The notes under the pieces: model-generated
Database searches by the model: none
The model's input: the letters and a program-made list of their open reading frames with translations, nothing else
Told to the model about the DNA's origin: nothing
Part shown: positions 51,478 through 60,719 of the stretch, in pieces
How positions within the stretch are numbered: the stretch's first letter is position 1
Layout of the letters: every line of letters starts with the position of its first letter
From: Candidatus Eiseniibacteriota bacterium
GTDB taxonomy: Bacteria > Eisenbacteria > RBG-16-71-46 > CAIMUX01 > VGJL01
Assembly: GCA_041946735.1 (NCBI GenBank)
Contig: JBHGAY010000020.1
Span: forward strand, 47,238 to 111,237
Direction: 5' to 3'
Length of the DNA: 64,000 nt
Position numbers and translations under genes: made by a program

Positions 51478-52057
51478 GGCCGAAGCTCAAGTGCGCGCCG
51501 AGCGCTTGCGCATGCGAGGAGAGCGGGAACGCCCCCGGTCCCTTCGCAAGACCGAGCACCGGGACGGCGATCTCGTCGCCGAGCAGCCAGAGGCCGGTGG
51601 CGTAGCCGAGTCCGCCGAGCAGATCGAAACCTTCCCGGCGACGACCGCGCGCCGCGCCATAGAGCGAAGAGACGAGCAGGCCGTAGCCGACGTGGACCGC
51701 GGTGCCCACCCGCTTCTTCGTGGCCGGGTCCGGCTCGTGACCTGTCAGTTTCGTGTAGAGGATCCGTCCGGCGGCCGAGGTGGAGTTCTCGTCCTCGCGC
51801 CTCTGCACGCCGACGAGCGAGATGTCCTCGAGCGAGCGTGCAAGCCGGTCGCGTCGTTCGCTCCGTCCGTCGGAACCGGACGCCGGCATCGCCTGCTCCC
51901 GCTCCTCCGTGTTCTCCCGCTCCTTCGTCTTCTCCGAAGCGATCGCCACCCCTTTCCAGAAGAGGCTCATCGCACCGAGCGCGGCCACGCCGCCCAACAA
52001 GCCGTAGAGCGCTCCCCTGCCGGAAATCGCTCCCCTGCCGGTGCTCGTCGATTCCAT
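51338..52057 (-). CDS. DUF1440-like membrane protein
   Basis: AAGGAG RBS; GLLGGVAALGAM, VHVGYG, LWLLGDEIAVPVLGL, HAQALGAHLSFG. Confidence 0.7.
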   Translation of the reverse strand: MESTSTGRGAISGRGALYGLLGGVAALGAMSLFWKGVAIASEKTKERENTEEREQAMPASGSDGRSERRDRLARSLEDISLVGVQRREDENSTSAAGRILYTKLTGHEPDPATKKRVGTAVHVGYGLLVSSLYGAARGRRREGFDLLGGLGYATGLWLLGDEIAVPVLGLAKGPGAFPLSSHAQALGAHLSFGLTLAIATQALHRLLDREQDLALALPGPRELAIRRDASPSVALAVRS

Positions 52058-52252
52058 GGCTGCTCCTTTCCCGGCGCCGTGACGTCTTCATCGTAGCGGT
52101 CCCCGCGATGGAACGGTCGTCGCGAGCACCGCAGCGCCGCGCTCCCGCCGAACGAGCGAAGGGGCTTGGGAATGTTCCGCCCTGTCGATATCCTTCGGTG
52201 GCGCTTGGATCGAAAGGCTTCGTGTTCCGTGGTGCGCGAAGAGGGAGGTGTG

Positions 52253-53572
52253 ATGCGAGACGGCGATCCGTCCTCGCTCCCGACGATGGATCCGCCCGGA
52301 TCCCGCACGCATGCGGGCGAGATCGAGCGAATGTTCGTCTGCTACGTCCCCGGCTTCGATCTCCGCCGGATCGAGCCCGGGACGACTCCGTTCGTCTCGG
52401 AGAGGATCTCGCGCGGGCCGACCGTTCGCATCCGCACGCTTCCGAACACGGAACTCCTGCCGACGATGGTGACCGGCGTCTACCCGGACGAGCATGGGGT
52501 GTGGCAGGTGCGGCTGCGCAAAGGCGCCGGCGATGCGACCGCCACGAGCCGCCTCGACCATCTGCCCGACCTCGTATCGACGAGCTGGCAATGCCTGCGC
52601 CAGTACCTCGACCCCGGCTTCGATCTGGCGACCGTTCCGGCGCGCCGGCGGCGGCGCTTCGAGTTGCACCGCTTCAAGTACACGCGCCGGCAGAACGACG
52701 ACCAGCCGCTCCGCGCCTTCGGCGACGTTCCCTCGATCTTCGGCCTGCTCGGCGAGCAGGCGCGCTACCTCTTCACGAAGCGTTTCGATCGCCTCCCCAG
52801 GCTGGCCGAATCGCTGCCGTCCGAATCGCTGCCGTCCGAGTCGCGGCGCTCGGGGGAGCGCCGACTCGAGTTCCTCGAGATGTACGCGCTCGACCTGTTC
52901 CAGCACTGGCACCTGGACCGGCCGGAGGCGATGCGCGAGGCGTATGCCGCGACCGACCGCTTCGTGCGCAGGCTGCACGAGCGGTGCCGGGAGCGAGGCG
53001 TTGCGCTCTTGCTCTTGGTCGATCACGGGCAGGAGCGCGTCACCGGGACGATCCCGCTCCTCGAGACGCTCGCCGCCAGCGGCGTTCCTTCACGGGAGTA
53101 CAGCTACTTCGTCGAGCTCGCCCTCGCGCGATTCTGGTTCCATACGGACCGGGCGCGGCGGCGGCTCCTCGAAGTCTTGGGCGGGATCGAGTCGACGCGG
53201 CTGTTGAGCTGGCGCGAGATGCATGAGTTCGACGTCCGGTTCCCCGACGCGAGTCACGGCGAGGTGTACCTCGCGGCCGACGCCGGGCGCATCTTCTTCC
53301 CGCACGACTTCCATCAGCCTCTCGCGAACCTCTTCCTCGGGCTCACCGATCGCAACCAGAGGCCGCGCGTGCGCGTGCCGGTGCATCGCGGCAACCACGG
53401 CTATCTCCCTCACTTCCCTTCCGAGCGCGGATGGGCGGTCCTGGTCGAGCCGGAGGGGTTCCGCGCGCGAGCGCAGGAGATCGCGCTCATCGACTTCGCG
53501 CCGACCGTCCTCTCCCTGCTCGGCCACCGGCCGCCCGAGCGGATGCGGGGAAGCGTTGCCTTCCTCCGCTGA
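52253..53572 (+). CDS. Alkaline-phosphatase-superfamily (nucleotide pyrophosphatase/phosphodiesterase-like) protein
   Basis: GGAGG RBS; TGVYPDEHGV, LDLFQH, LVDHGQ, GNHGY, LIDFAPTVLSLLG; candidate promoter TTGGGA-N17-TATCCT at 52166-52194. Confidence 0.78.
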   Translation: MRDGDPSSLPTMDPPGSRTHAGEIERMFVCYVPGFDLRRIEPGTTPFVSERISRGPTVRIRTLPNTELLPTMVTGVYPDEHGVWQVRLRKGAGDATATSRLDHLPDLVSTSWQCLRQYLDPGFDLATVPARRRRRFELHRFKYTRRQNDDQPLRAFGDVPSIFGLLGEQARYLFTKRFDRLPRLAESLPSESLPSESRRSGERRLEFLEMYALDLFQHWHLDRPEAMREAYAATDRFVRRLHERCRERGVALLLLVDHGQERVTGTIPLLETLAASGVPSREYSYFVELALARFWFHTDRARRRLLEVLGGIESTRLLSWREMHEFDVRFPDASHGEVYLAADAGRIFFPHDFHQPLANLFLGLTDRNQRPRVRVPVHRGNHGYLPHFPSERGWAVLVEPEGFRARAQEIALIDFAPTVLSLLGHRPPERMRGSVAFLR

Positions 53573-54563
53573 CCGGCCGTCCGCCGCTGCCGTCCGGCGC
53601 CGCCTCGCGTTCTCGCTCGCGCGGGTCGCGGTCGCGGCCGCGATCCTCATCCTGCTCGCGCGGCGCATCGACCTGCGCGCCTCGCTCGAGGCGCTCCGCG
53701 GAGCGGCTTCCCTTCCCGTCGTCCTTGCGCTGCTCCTCGGGTTTCTCGCGCAGCTGCTCGTCACGCTGCGCCTTCTCGTGCTGGCGCGCGGCCAGGCTCT
53801 CGCCTCGAGCTTCGGGCGGCTGCTCGAGATCAACCTTTCCGCGGTCTTCTACGGGCTCTTCCTTCCCGGATCGAATCTCGCAGGGACGGCCGTCCGATTC
53901 GCTCGGATTGCGCGTGCCGAACGCAGATCCGCCGCGACGGCGGTCGCGCTCCTGGCCGACCGCATGATCGCGACCGCCTCGCTCGGAGCGGTCGGCGTCC
54001 TCTTCTGGACGATCGATCGCGCGCCCGGCTCGGGCTCCTCCGCCGCCTTTCTCGCGCTCGGCACCGCGGCGCTCCTCCTGCTTCTCCTCCCGCTCTTCCG
54101 TCCCGGGATCGTCGAGCCCCTTGCGCGGCGGCTGCCGGCCCGCCTGCCGCTGCTGTCTCGCTTCCGCGAGCCCCTGACCGCCTACGGGAAGCTCGCGCCT
54201 GCGCGCATCGTCGCGATCGCGATCCCCTCGCTCACCGCTCACCTCGCGGGAATCCTCGCGTTCGTGCTTCTCGCGCGGGCCCTCGGCATGGAGGTTTCCG
54301 CGCTTCGGCTCGGTTGGATCCGCTCGCTCGTCGTCTTCTCGACGATGCTCCCGCTCACGATTGCAGGATTCGGCGTCCGCGAAGCGACGGTCGTCGTGCT
54401 CCTCGGCGCGGCAGGCGTGCCGGAGACGACGGCGCTCGCCTACTCCTTCCTCGTCTTCGCGGTGACCGTCCTTCCCATTGGCTTCGCAGGCGGATGGCTG
54501 GAAGCGAGGAGCGCGATCGCCTCCTGGCTCCCCGTCGCGGCGCGGAAGCCGCCCGTCGCGTAG
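53556..54563 (+). CDS. Lysylphosphatidylglycerol-synthase-TM / YbhN-like flippase
   Basis: Multi-TM; FYGLFLPG, ADRMI, LPLTIAGFGVREA; start uncertain. Confidence 0.8.
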   Translation: MPSSADRPSAAAVRRRLAFSLARVAVAAAILILLARRIDLRASLEALRGAASLPVVLALLLGFLAQLLVTLRLLVLARGQALASSFGRLLEINLSAVFYGLFLPGSNLAGTAVRFARIARAERRSAATAVALLADRMIATASLGAVGVLFWTIDRAPGSGSSAAFLALGTAALLLLLLPLFRPGIVEPLARRLPARLPLLSRFREPLTAYGKLAPARIVAIAIPSLTAHLAGILAFVLLARALGMEVSALRLGWIRSLVVFSTMLPLTIAGFGVREATVVVLLGAAGVPETTALAYSFLVFAVTVLPIGFAGGWLEARSAIASWLPVAARKPPVA

Positions 54564-55002
54564 CTCTCCGCCTCGGGTTGGCCGTCGTGACGAGCGAGGC
54601 GCTGGCGGCGCGGGCGGACGAATCCGAAGTAGGCGCCCACGGCGCCGACGGCGGCGTGCAGGACGACGTCGCGCCGTAGACCGGCGCGAGCCCGAAGAGC
54701 CGCTGCAGCGGCGGGACGATCCCAAAGAGGGCGAGAGCCCCGAAGATCCACGCCATCCCCCTGCCGAATCTCCGCGCGCGGTACGTCCGTCGCGAGGCGG
54801 AGAGGCCCCAGATGCCGGCCCCCAGGTACAGCAGGCTGAGCAGGATGTTCACCGGGAAGGCTCCGAAAAGCCGGCCGTAGCCCGCCTCGACCCGGAGGAG
54901 CGGCTGCGCGGCATCGGGCGGGCTCTTCCAGATCGGAAGGACGCCGATCGCGAACAGGAGCAGGAGCACAAAGCCGGACATTCTCGCGAACTTCTTCGAC
55001 AT
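54440..55002 (-). pseudogene. DUF4383-like membrane protein with a frameshift (or a sequencing error)
   Basis: One frame gives MSKKFA...FGAFPVNILL...LFGLAPVYG; the expected ending DVVLHAAVGAVGAYFGF is in another frame; one base is missing at 54671-54672. Confidence 0.7.
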
Positions 55003-55274
55003 GGCGGCGGAGACTCCTCCACGTTCGGTGTGGCGCAGGATGCAAGGTGCGAGGCGGACGGCCGCGCGGCCGCGCTCTCTCCTATTCCTACCCTCTCCGC
55101 GGCCCTCCCGGACCACTCTCCTTCTCCGTCGGCGATGACATTTCCGTTGGCCGGCACAGGCGGCGGCGAACGCCGAACAGACTCGCGAGAAAGCCGGAGG
55201 AGCTGGACGGAGCGGCGGCGGGGAAGCGCGAGGAGCCTCGCCCGCCACCGCGCCACGAAGTTCGTTTGCCGCGG

Positions 55275-56915
55275 CTATTGCAGGACGATCGGCGTCCCCC
55301 TCGACGCCGCGCATGACAGGCTGCGCAGGCGCGTGAAGTACACGCCCGGCCGCACGTCCCGCCCTCCACCGTCCTTGCGGTCCCAGACGACCGTCTCGCC
55401 GCCCGCCAACGACAGGCGCCGCACGAGCCGGCCGGACGCGTCATAGACCTCGATCTCCGCGCCCGCAGGCAGCCCGGCGCCGTACCCCTTCCAGAGGAGG
55501 TGGACTCCGCCCGACGACGGGTTCGGGAACACGGCGAGGCCGGCGCCTCCGAAGGACGATGTCTCGTCCTCGACCGCGCTCGTGACGAGCTGGATGGAGG
55601 AGAGATGCACCTCGTAGTTGTCGATCGCCCCGCCGGTGAACTCCGTCCAGAGGACGAAGGTGTCGTCGACGAAGTCGCGGGGGCCGGGATCCCCGGGAAC
55701 CGTCACCATGCACGTGAAGCCCGAGATCGAGGGTCGGTAGCCGTCCTCGCCGTCCGGAAAGCTCACGATTTCGTCCGCCCCGGCGCCGCTCCACGACTCC
55801 GGGCCGTAAGAGATGTGTTGCTCCTTGGTCCCGCCCGCATCCTCCTCCTCGTCCCAAACGGCGATCGCGCCTTGAGAGACGCCGACGAAGAGATCCGGGT
55901 TCGACGCGCTCCGGCCTTCTCCCTCGTCGTGAGAGACGGGGACGAGGCCGTCCTGCCCGGACCAGTGTGCGCCGCCATCGTAGGAACTGGTCGCGTAGAC
56001 CTCGTAGTGATACGGCGCCTGCAGGTCGAAGCTCGCGGTGTAGACGACATGCACGCCGATGTCGTAGCAGGGCTCGGCGGCGATCGCGAGGTTCGTGATC
56101 AGGCTCGCCGCCTGGGAGATCTCGTAATCGGCCCCCTCGCTCGACCAGGTGAGGCCGCCGTCCGTCGAAACCCCCGCATGGATCGTCGCCGTCCCCGCGT
56201 CCCCGATCTCACGCCAGGCGACGATCAGGCGATTCTCGGAGTCCCGCGTGATCTGCGGAGAGACGACGTTGTTGCCGTCCGGAAAGCTCACGAACCGGTC
56301 GGCCACCGCCCCGCTCCAGCTGACGCCTCCGTCCGTCGAGCGCGAGTAGTGCACCTCGCTCGTCCCGCCCGCAGCCGGCTGGTTCCAGACGACATGCAGG
56401 ACCCCGTCGAAGTCGATCGCCACAGAGGGGCTCTGCGTGTCGGCTGCGCTCGCCGGATCGCTCAAGACGAGGTCCGCAGTCTCGCTCGACCACGTGGAGC
56501 CCCCGTCGGTCGAGATGCCGTAGTGGACCTCCTGGGTCGCGTCCACGTCCTCGCTCCATACGACGATGAGGAAGTCCTCGCCGTCCCCGGCGATGTCGCA
56601 CTCCTCCGGATTGACCCCGTGGTTGTCCGGAAAGCTGATCACCCGATCGGCCGTCTCCGACGTCCAGGTAGTTCCACCGTCCGACGAACGCCCGTAGTGG
56701 ATCTCGCGGATGCTCGGCGCATCCTCCGACCAGACCGCATGCAGCCCGGAGGGACTCGCGAGGACCTGGACAGCGCGCGCGTACTCGTTGTCGTCGAAGC
56801 TGATCACCTGATCCGCCACGGTCCCCGACCAGAAATCCTCCTGAGCGTGGGCGCCGGCGGCCCACGCGAGGGCGAAGCACGAGATCAGCGCGGCCCGCGT
56901 GAATCGAGCTCGCAT
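55275..56915 (-). CDS. Secreted BNR/Asp-box beta-propeller protein with C-terminal FlgD/T9SS-like domain
   Basis: Signal peptide ending AHA; Asp-boxes SSDGGTTW, STDGGSTW, STDGGVSW, STDGGLTW, SYDGGAHW; C-terminal FPNP...YDASGRLVR...WD...PGVYF. Confidence 0.88.
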   Translation of the reverse strand: MRARFTRAALISCFALAWAAGAHAQEDFWSGTVADQVISFDDNEYARAVQVLASPSGLHAVWSEDAPSIREIHYGRSSDGGTTWTSETADRVISFPDNHGVNPEECDIAGDGEDFLIVVWSEDVDATQEVHYGISTDGGSTWSSETADLVLSDPASAADTQSPSVAIDFDGVLHVVWNQPAAGGTSEVHYSRSTDGGVSWSGAVADRFVSFPDGNNVVSPQITRDSENRLIVAWREIGDAGTATIHAGVSTDGGLTWSSEGADYEISQAASLITNLAIAAEPCYDIGVHVVYTASFDLQAPYHYEVYATSSYDGGAHWSGQDGLVPVSHDEGEGRSASNPDLFVGVSQGAIAVWDEEEDAGGTKEQHISYGPESWSGAGADEIVSFPDGEDGYRPSISGFTCMVTVPGDPGPRDFVDDTFVLWTEFTGGAIDNYEVHLSSIQLVTSAVEDETSSFGGAGLAVFPNPSSGGVHLLWKGYGAGLPAGAEIEVYDASGRLVRRLSLAGGETVVWDRKDGGGRDVRPGVYFTRLRSLSCAASRGTPIVLQ

Positions 56916-56956
56916 GTCTTCCTCCTCTCGGTAGGGGAACGTTCGCCGCACGCTCG

Positions 56957-58267
56957 CTAGGGATGGAAGAGCGCGCGCACCCGTCCCCACGAAACCGACT
57001 CGGTCGCCGTGGACCCGCAGCCGACCGGCCAGGCGCCGATCTGGTCACACTCCTCGTTGGGCGGCGTGAACGGCGCGCACGGCGACTGCGCATCGAGCGT
57101 GAGATCGAAGTTCTCCGGATCGCAGAAGAGAGGGTCGAGCGAGATGTTGCCGTTCACGCCGAGCTGATCCTCGGCGCATCCGACCCAGTCGCCCCCCTCG
57201 TTGCCGAAGATGTCGCAGCAGCGGAACAGCGGATCGCTCGCCCCGTCCGCGCAGAAAACCGCGGGGCCGACCCGCCCCGCCGCGAAGATCGTGTTCTCGA
57301 CCACCGGCGCCGCCCCCTGCTCGCAGTGCAGGCCGCTGCACTCCATGTCGAAGTTCTGGTAGAAGGTGCAGCGCCAGAGATGCGCGGCGCTCGCGAGGCA
57401 GCGCATCGGCGCCGGCTCGTTGCGATAGAACGTGCACTCGCGGATCTCGGGGTTGGATTGCAGGGCGCTGATCGCGCTTCCGGGACCGCCCGCGGAGTTG
57501 CTTTCGAACACGCATCGCTCGATCCGCACGTCCGCGCCGTTGCGGCAGAGGATCGCCCCGCCCTCCCCCGCCATCTTGGTGGCGTTGCCGATGAACGTGC
57601 AGTCGATCACGCTCCCCTCGCTCGGCCCGTCGAACAGGACCGCGCCGCCGCTCCAAAGAGCCCAGGAGTGTAGGAACGAGCAGTTCTCGATTTGCGGCGA
57701 GGATCCCTCCCGGCTGACGATCGCGCCTCCGCCGTAGTAGATCGCGCTGTTCGTCTGGAACCGGCAGTCGACGATCCGTGGAGCGGACCCTTCGAAGCAA
57801 GCGATCGCCCCGCCCGCGCTGTCGGCCGAGTTCGAAGCGAACGTGCACCCGAGGAAGGTCGGCGACGAGCCCCGGCACAAGGCTCCCGCACCGTCGGTCA
57901 GGTCTCCCCACGCGCCGCCGCCGCGGATCGTGAGCCGCTCGATCGAGCAGGACGGGCTCTCGCCCGACACGAACCGGAATCCCCAGTGCCCCTCGGTTCC
58001 GTAGCAGTCGATCACGCACACATCGGCGACGCCGCTCTGCGAGCGGACGGCGATCCCCTTGCCGAGGAGATCGAGGTCGCGGTTGCCCTCGCCCTGGAAG
58101 GTGCCGTCGGCGAGCATGACTACGTCGCCGTCGGACGACGCATCGATCGCGGCCTGGATGGTCGGAAAGTCCCCTGATCCATCCGGCAGGACGAGCCAGA
58201 CGCCGGCGGCGCATAGGGCGGGGATCGAGAAAGCGAGACAGAAGAGCATCACGGCGCAACGCTTCAT
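56957..58267 (-). CDS. Secreted right-handed beta-helix protein (GGAI/FxxN repeats) ending in an SWG motif
   Basis: PDGSGDFPTIQAAIDA; repeated F..NSA...GGAI; GNISLDPLFC; ends SWGRVRALFHP. Confidence 0.88.
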   Translation of the reverse strand: MKRCAVMLFCLAFSIPALCAAGVWLVLPDGSGDFPTIQAAIDASSDGDVVMLADGTFQGEGNRDLDLLGKGIAVRSQSGVADVCVIDCYGTEGHWGFRFVSGESPSCSIERLTIRGGGAWGDLTDGAGALCRGSSPTFLGCTFASNSADSAGGAIACFEGSAPRIVDCRFQTNSAIYYGGGAIVSREGSSPQIENCSFLHSWALWSGGAVLFDGPSEGSVIDCTFIGNATKMAGEGGAILCRNGADVRIERCVFESNSAGGPGSAISALQSNPEIRECTFYRNEPAPMRCLASAAHLWRCTFYQNFDMECSGLHCEQGAAPVVENTIFAAGRVGPAVFCADGASDPLFRCCDIFGNEGGDWVGCAEDQLGVNGNISLDPLFCDPENFDLTLDAQSPCAPFTPPNEECDQIGAWPVGCGSTATESVSWGRVRALFHP

Positions 58268-58390
58268 GGGCGGCCTCCCTTGTATGCGTGTGCGATTGCC
58301 TTTGGATTTCGAAACGGCTCGATTGTATCAGAATCGCGTGCGCGATCCGCCGCGCTTTCGATCCTCGCGAAGGATCGATACGATCGGCGC

Positions 58391-58942
58391 ATGAAGAGAC
58401 CCGCCAAAGGTTCGGAACGCAGAGGCTCGGGCCCTGGTGGGGACCCTCGCCGGCCGCACGACCGCAACGAGAGGGCGAAGCCGATCCGGCTCGGCATCCT
58501 CTCCGATACGCACGGCCTGCTCCGCCCCGAAGCGATCGAGGCCTTGCGCCGCTGCCCGATCCTGCTGCACGCCGGAGACATCGGCGACCCGGAGATCCTC
58601 GAGGCTTTGGCGGCGCACGGGAAGATCGTGGCGGTGCGAGGAAACGTCGACCGGGACGACTGGGCGCGGACGATTCCCGAAGCGCGGCGCTTCCGTCTGC
58701 GCGGCGTCGGATTCCTCCTCGTTCACGACGGCAAAGGAATCGATCGCGCCGCGGCCGGTCCCGGGATCGATGTCGTCGTTTGCGGCCACTCCCACATTCC
58801 TCGGATCGAGGAGCGCGACGGCCTGCTCTTCGTCAACCCGGGCAGCGCGGGCCCGCGCCGCTTCCACCTGCCGGTCAGCGTCGCCCGCCTGACAGTCTCG
58901 CCGGGCAGGGTCGAGGCGGAGCTGATCGACCTCGCCCCCTGA
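58391..58942 (+). CDS. YfcE-family metallophosphoesterase
   Basis: ILSDTHG, LHAGDIG, VRGNVD, CGHSH, NPGSAGPRRF. Confidence 0.92.
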   Translation: MKRPAKGSERRGSGPGGDPRRPHDRNERAKPIRLGILSDTHGLLRPEAIEALRRCPILLHAGDIGDPEILEALAAHGKIVAVRGNVDRDDWARTIPEARRFRLRGVGFLLVHDGKGIDRAAAGPGIDVVVCGHSHIPRIEERDGLLFVNPGSAGPRRFHLPVSVARLTVSPGRVEAELIDLAP

Positions 58943-59078
58943 GTCACACGACGCCGCCCCCCGGGGCCGTCGCGCGGCCAAAGAGAAGGCCCGCCCCCCG
59001 GCGACGGGGAGCGGGCTGCGTCTCTCGCACTTCTGCGCGAAGGGCACGCCCAGGCGGCGCGCGCCGCTTCTTCTTCCT

Positions 59079-60557
59079 CTAGCGGAACGTCGCCTTGATC
59101 GCGCCCCAGCTCCTCGAATCGACCCGAACCGGGTACGGGCAGGGCACGGTCTCGCAGGTCGAGCCGAACCCGGCCGGAACTCCTCCCGCCGTGTCGCAGG
59201 CATCCGGCGCCAGCAGCTCGCAGTGGACATCGGGGAAACAGCAGGCCTGCGGAGTGGGCAGGCAGGGATTCGGTTCGCAGACCGAGCCGGTGCCCTGAGG
59301 AACCCCGGCACAGCCGCTCGGAACGACCATGGTGCAGGTCTCGCCGTCACAGCAGGCCTGTTCCTCCTCGCCGCACGGGTTGGGATCGCATTCGGTCCCC
59401 TCTCCCTGCGGCGTGCCACCAGCCTGCGTGCACAAGTCGACGTCCATCACCTGGCAGAACGTCAGGATGCAGCAGGCCTGTCCGGTGACCGGGCAGGGAT
59501 TCGGGTCGCAGGTCGTCCCCTCGCCTTGAGCCGTCCCGCCGGACTGCGTGCAGCCATCGGGGGTCATCATCAGGCAGCCGAAGAACTGCGAGCAGCAGGC
59601 CTGCGTCGGCGGGCAAGGATCCGGATCGCAGGTCGAGCCCGGCGCCTGAGAAGTGCCGCCGGCCTCGACACAATCGGCCTCCGGAAGCAGGATGCAGCCG
59701 ATCATCGTGCAGCAGGCGGGCGGCTGCGGGCACTCGACGGTGCTGCAGTCGTTCTGCCCCTCCTGGACGATCCCCTGCTGCTCCGTGCAGTCTGTGGGAA
59801 GCAGCATGTCGCAGTAGCCGATCGGCAGGCAGCAGGGCTCGAGCGTCGGCGTGTTGACGTGGATCTCGAACGCGCCGTCCCACGCCTCGTCGGCGACGGT
59901 CGACGCATCCACCCACTCGGGATGGCCGAAGTAGTCGCTCTGGAACTTCGCCTGGTTCTCCCGCACCTCGGTCGACTGGAGCCATCCCCACTGAGGCGGA
60001 TAGCCGTTGTCGTCCGCCTGGACGATCAGCCAGTAGCGCGTGTCCGCCTGCACGTCCACCCGGACCGGCGCTTCGTACTTGTACACGGGGAGGCCGAGGC
60101 CATCGTTGCCGGCCGCAGTGATCGTCGGCGTCGCATAGTAGTAACCGAGGTAGCTGCCCGGGACACCGCCCTGATCCTCGCAGATGTAGATGTAGAAGTC
60201 GGTGACCTCCGACTCGCCTTCCTGCCAGTTATTGTAGTAGCCGCCCCACCAGACGACCTTCGTCAGCGCGTCGTCCGATGTTGTCACGAAGTCGACCCCG
60301 ACCATCGAATCCAGGTCGACCACGTAGCTGGATTCCGAGGAGATCTTCGACCCGTTGAGATCGGGCGCCTGCGTCCAGAAGGCATCCAGGCTTACCGCGA
60401 GGGGCGCCGGGGCGCCGGAGCCTGGCGAGAAGGGACGAAGGGTCACCGTGGCCGACGCAACCACAGGAACGGCAACGGCGGCGGCCAGGAGACCCAGGAC
60501 GACGGCGATCCCGCAGAGGGTCGCGCGCCTGCCCAGGGACGTGGGACGAGCGTTCAT
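59079..60557 (-). CDS. Secreted protein with six Cys-rich repeats and a C-terminal SWG motif
   Basis: AAGGAG RBS; signal peptide; beta-rich domain (VVWWGGYY, YWLIVQ, WGW); 6 x CC-x-C-x-C-x-C-x-C; ends SWGAIKATFR. Confidence 0.88.
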   Translation of the reverse strand: MNARPTSLGRRATLCGIAVVLGLLAAAVAVPVVASATVTLRPFSPGSGAPAPLAVSLDAFWTQAPDLNGSKISSESSYVVDLDSMVGVDFVTTSDDALTKVVWWGGYYNNWQEGESEVTDFYIYICEDQGGVPGSYLGYYYATPTITAAGNDGLGLPVYKYEAPVRVDVQADTRYWLIVQADDNGYPPQWGWLQSTEVRENQAKFQSDYFGHPEWVDASTVADEAWDGAFEIHVNTPTLEPCCLPIGYCDMLLPTDCTEQQGIVQEGQNDCSTVECPQPPACCTMIGCILLPEADCVEAGGTSQAPGSTCDPDPCPPTQACCSQFFGCLMMTPDGCTQSGGTAQGEGTTCDPNPCPVTGQACCILTFCQVMDVDLCTQAGGTPQGEGTECDPNPCGEEEQACCDGETCTMVVPSGCAGVPQGTGSVCEPNPCLPTPQACCFPDVHCELLAPDACDTAGGVPAGFGSTCETVPCPYPVRVDSRSWGAIKATFR

Positions 60558-60719
60558 CCAAGTTCTCCTTTTTTGAGCTTCGTCTTCCGGCTCCGTCGAG
60601 AACGGGGCCCTTGCAATTGACAGAGGCCCGGTCAGGCGAGCGGAAGCGCTCGTTGGACTCCACCGGACTCCACCCCGCCGCGGAACTCGCCAGCCGGAAC
60701 GTGATGCAAAACCGTAGGG

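Noticed and set aside
55275..56915. Calling the BNR protein a sialidase
   Set aside because: Asp-boxes are present, but I cannot identify the RIP motif or arginine triad, so only the propeller fold is supported.
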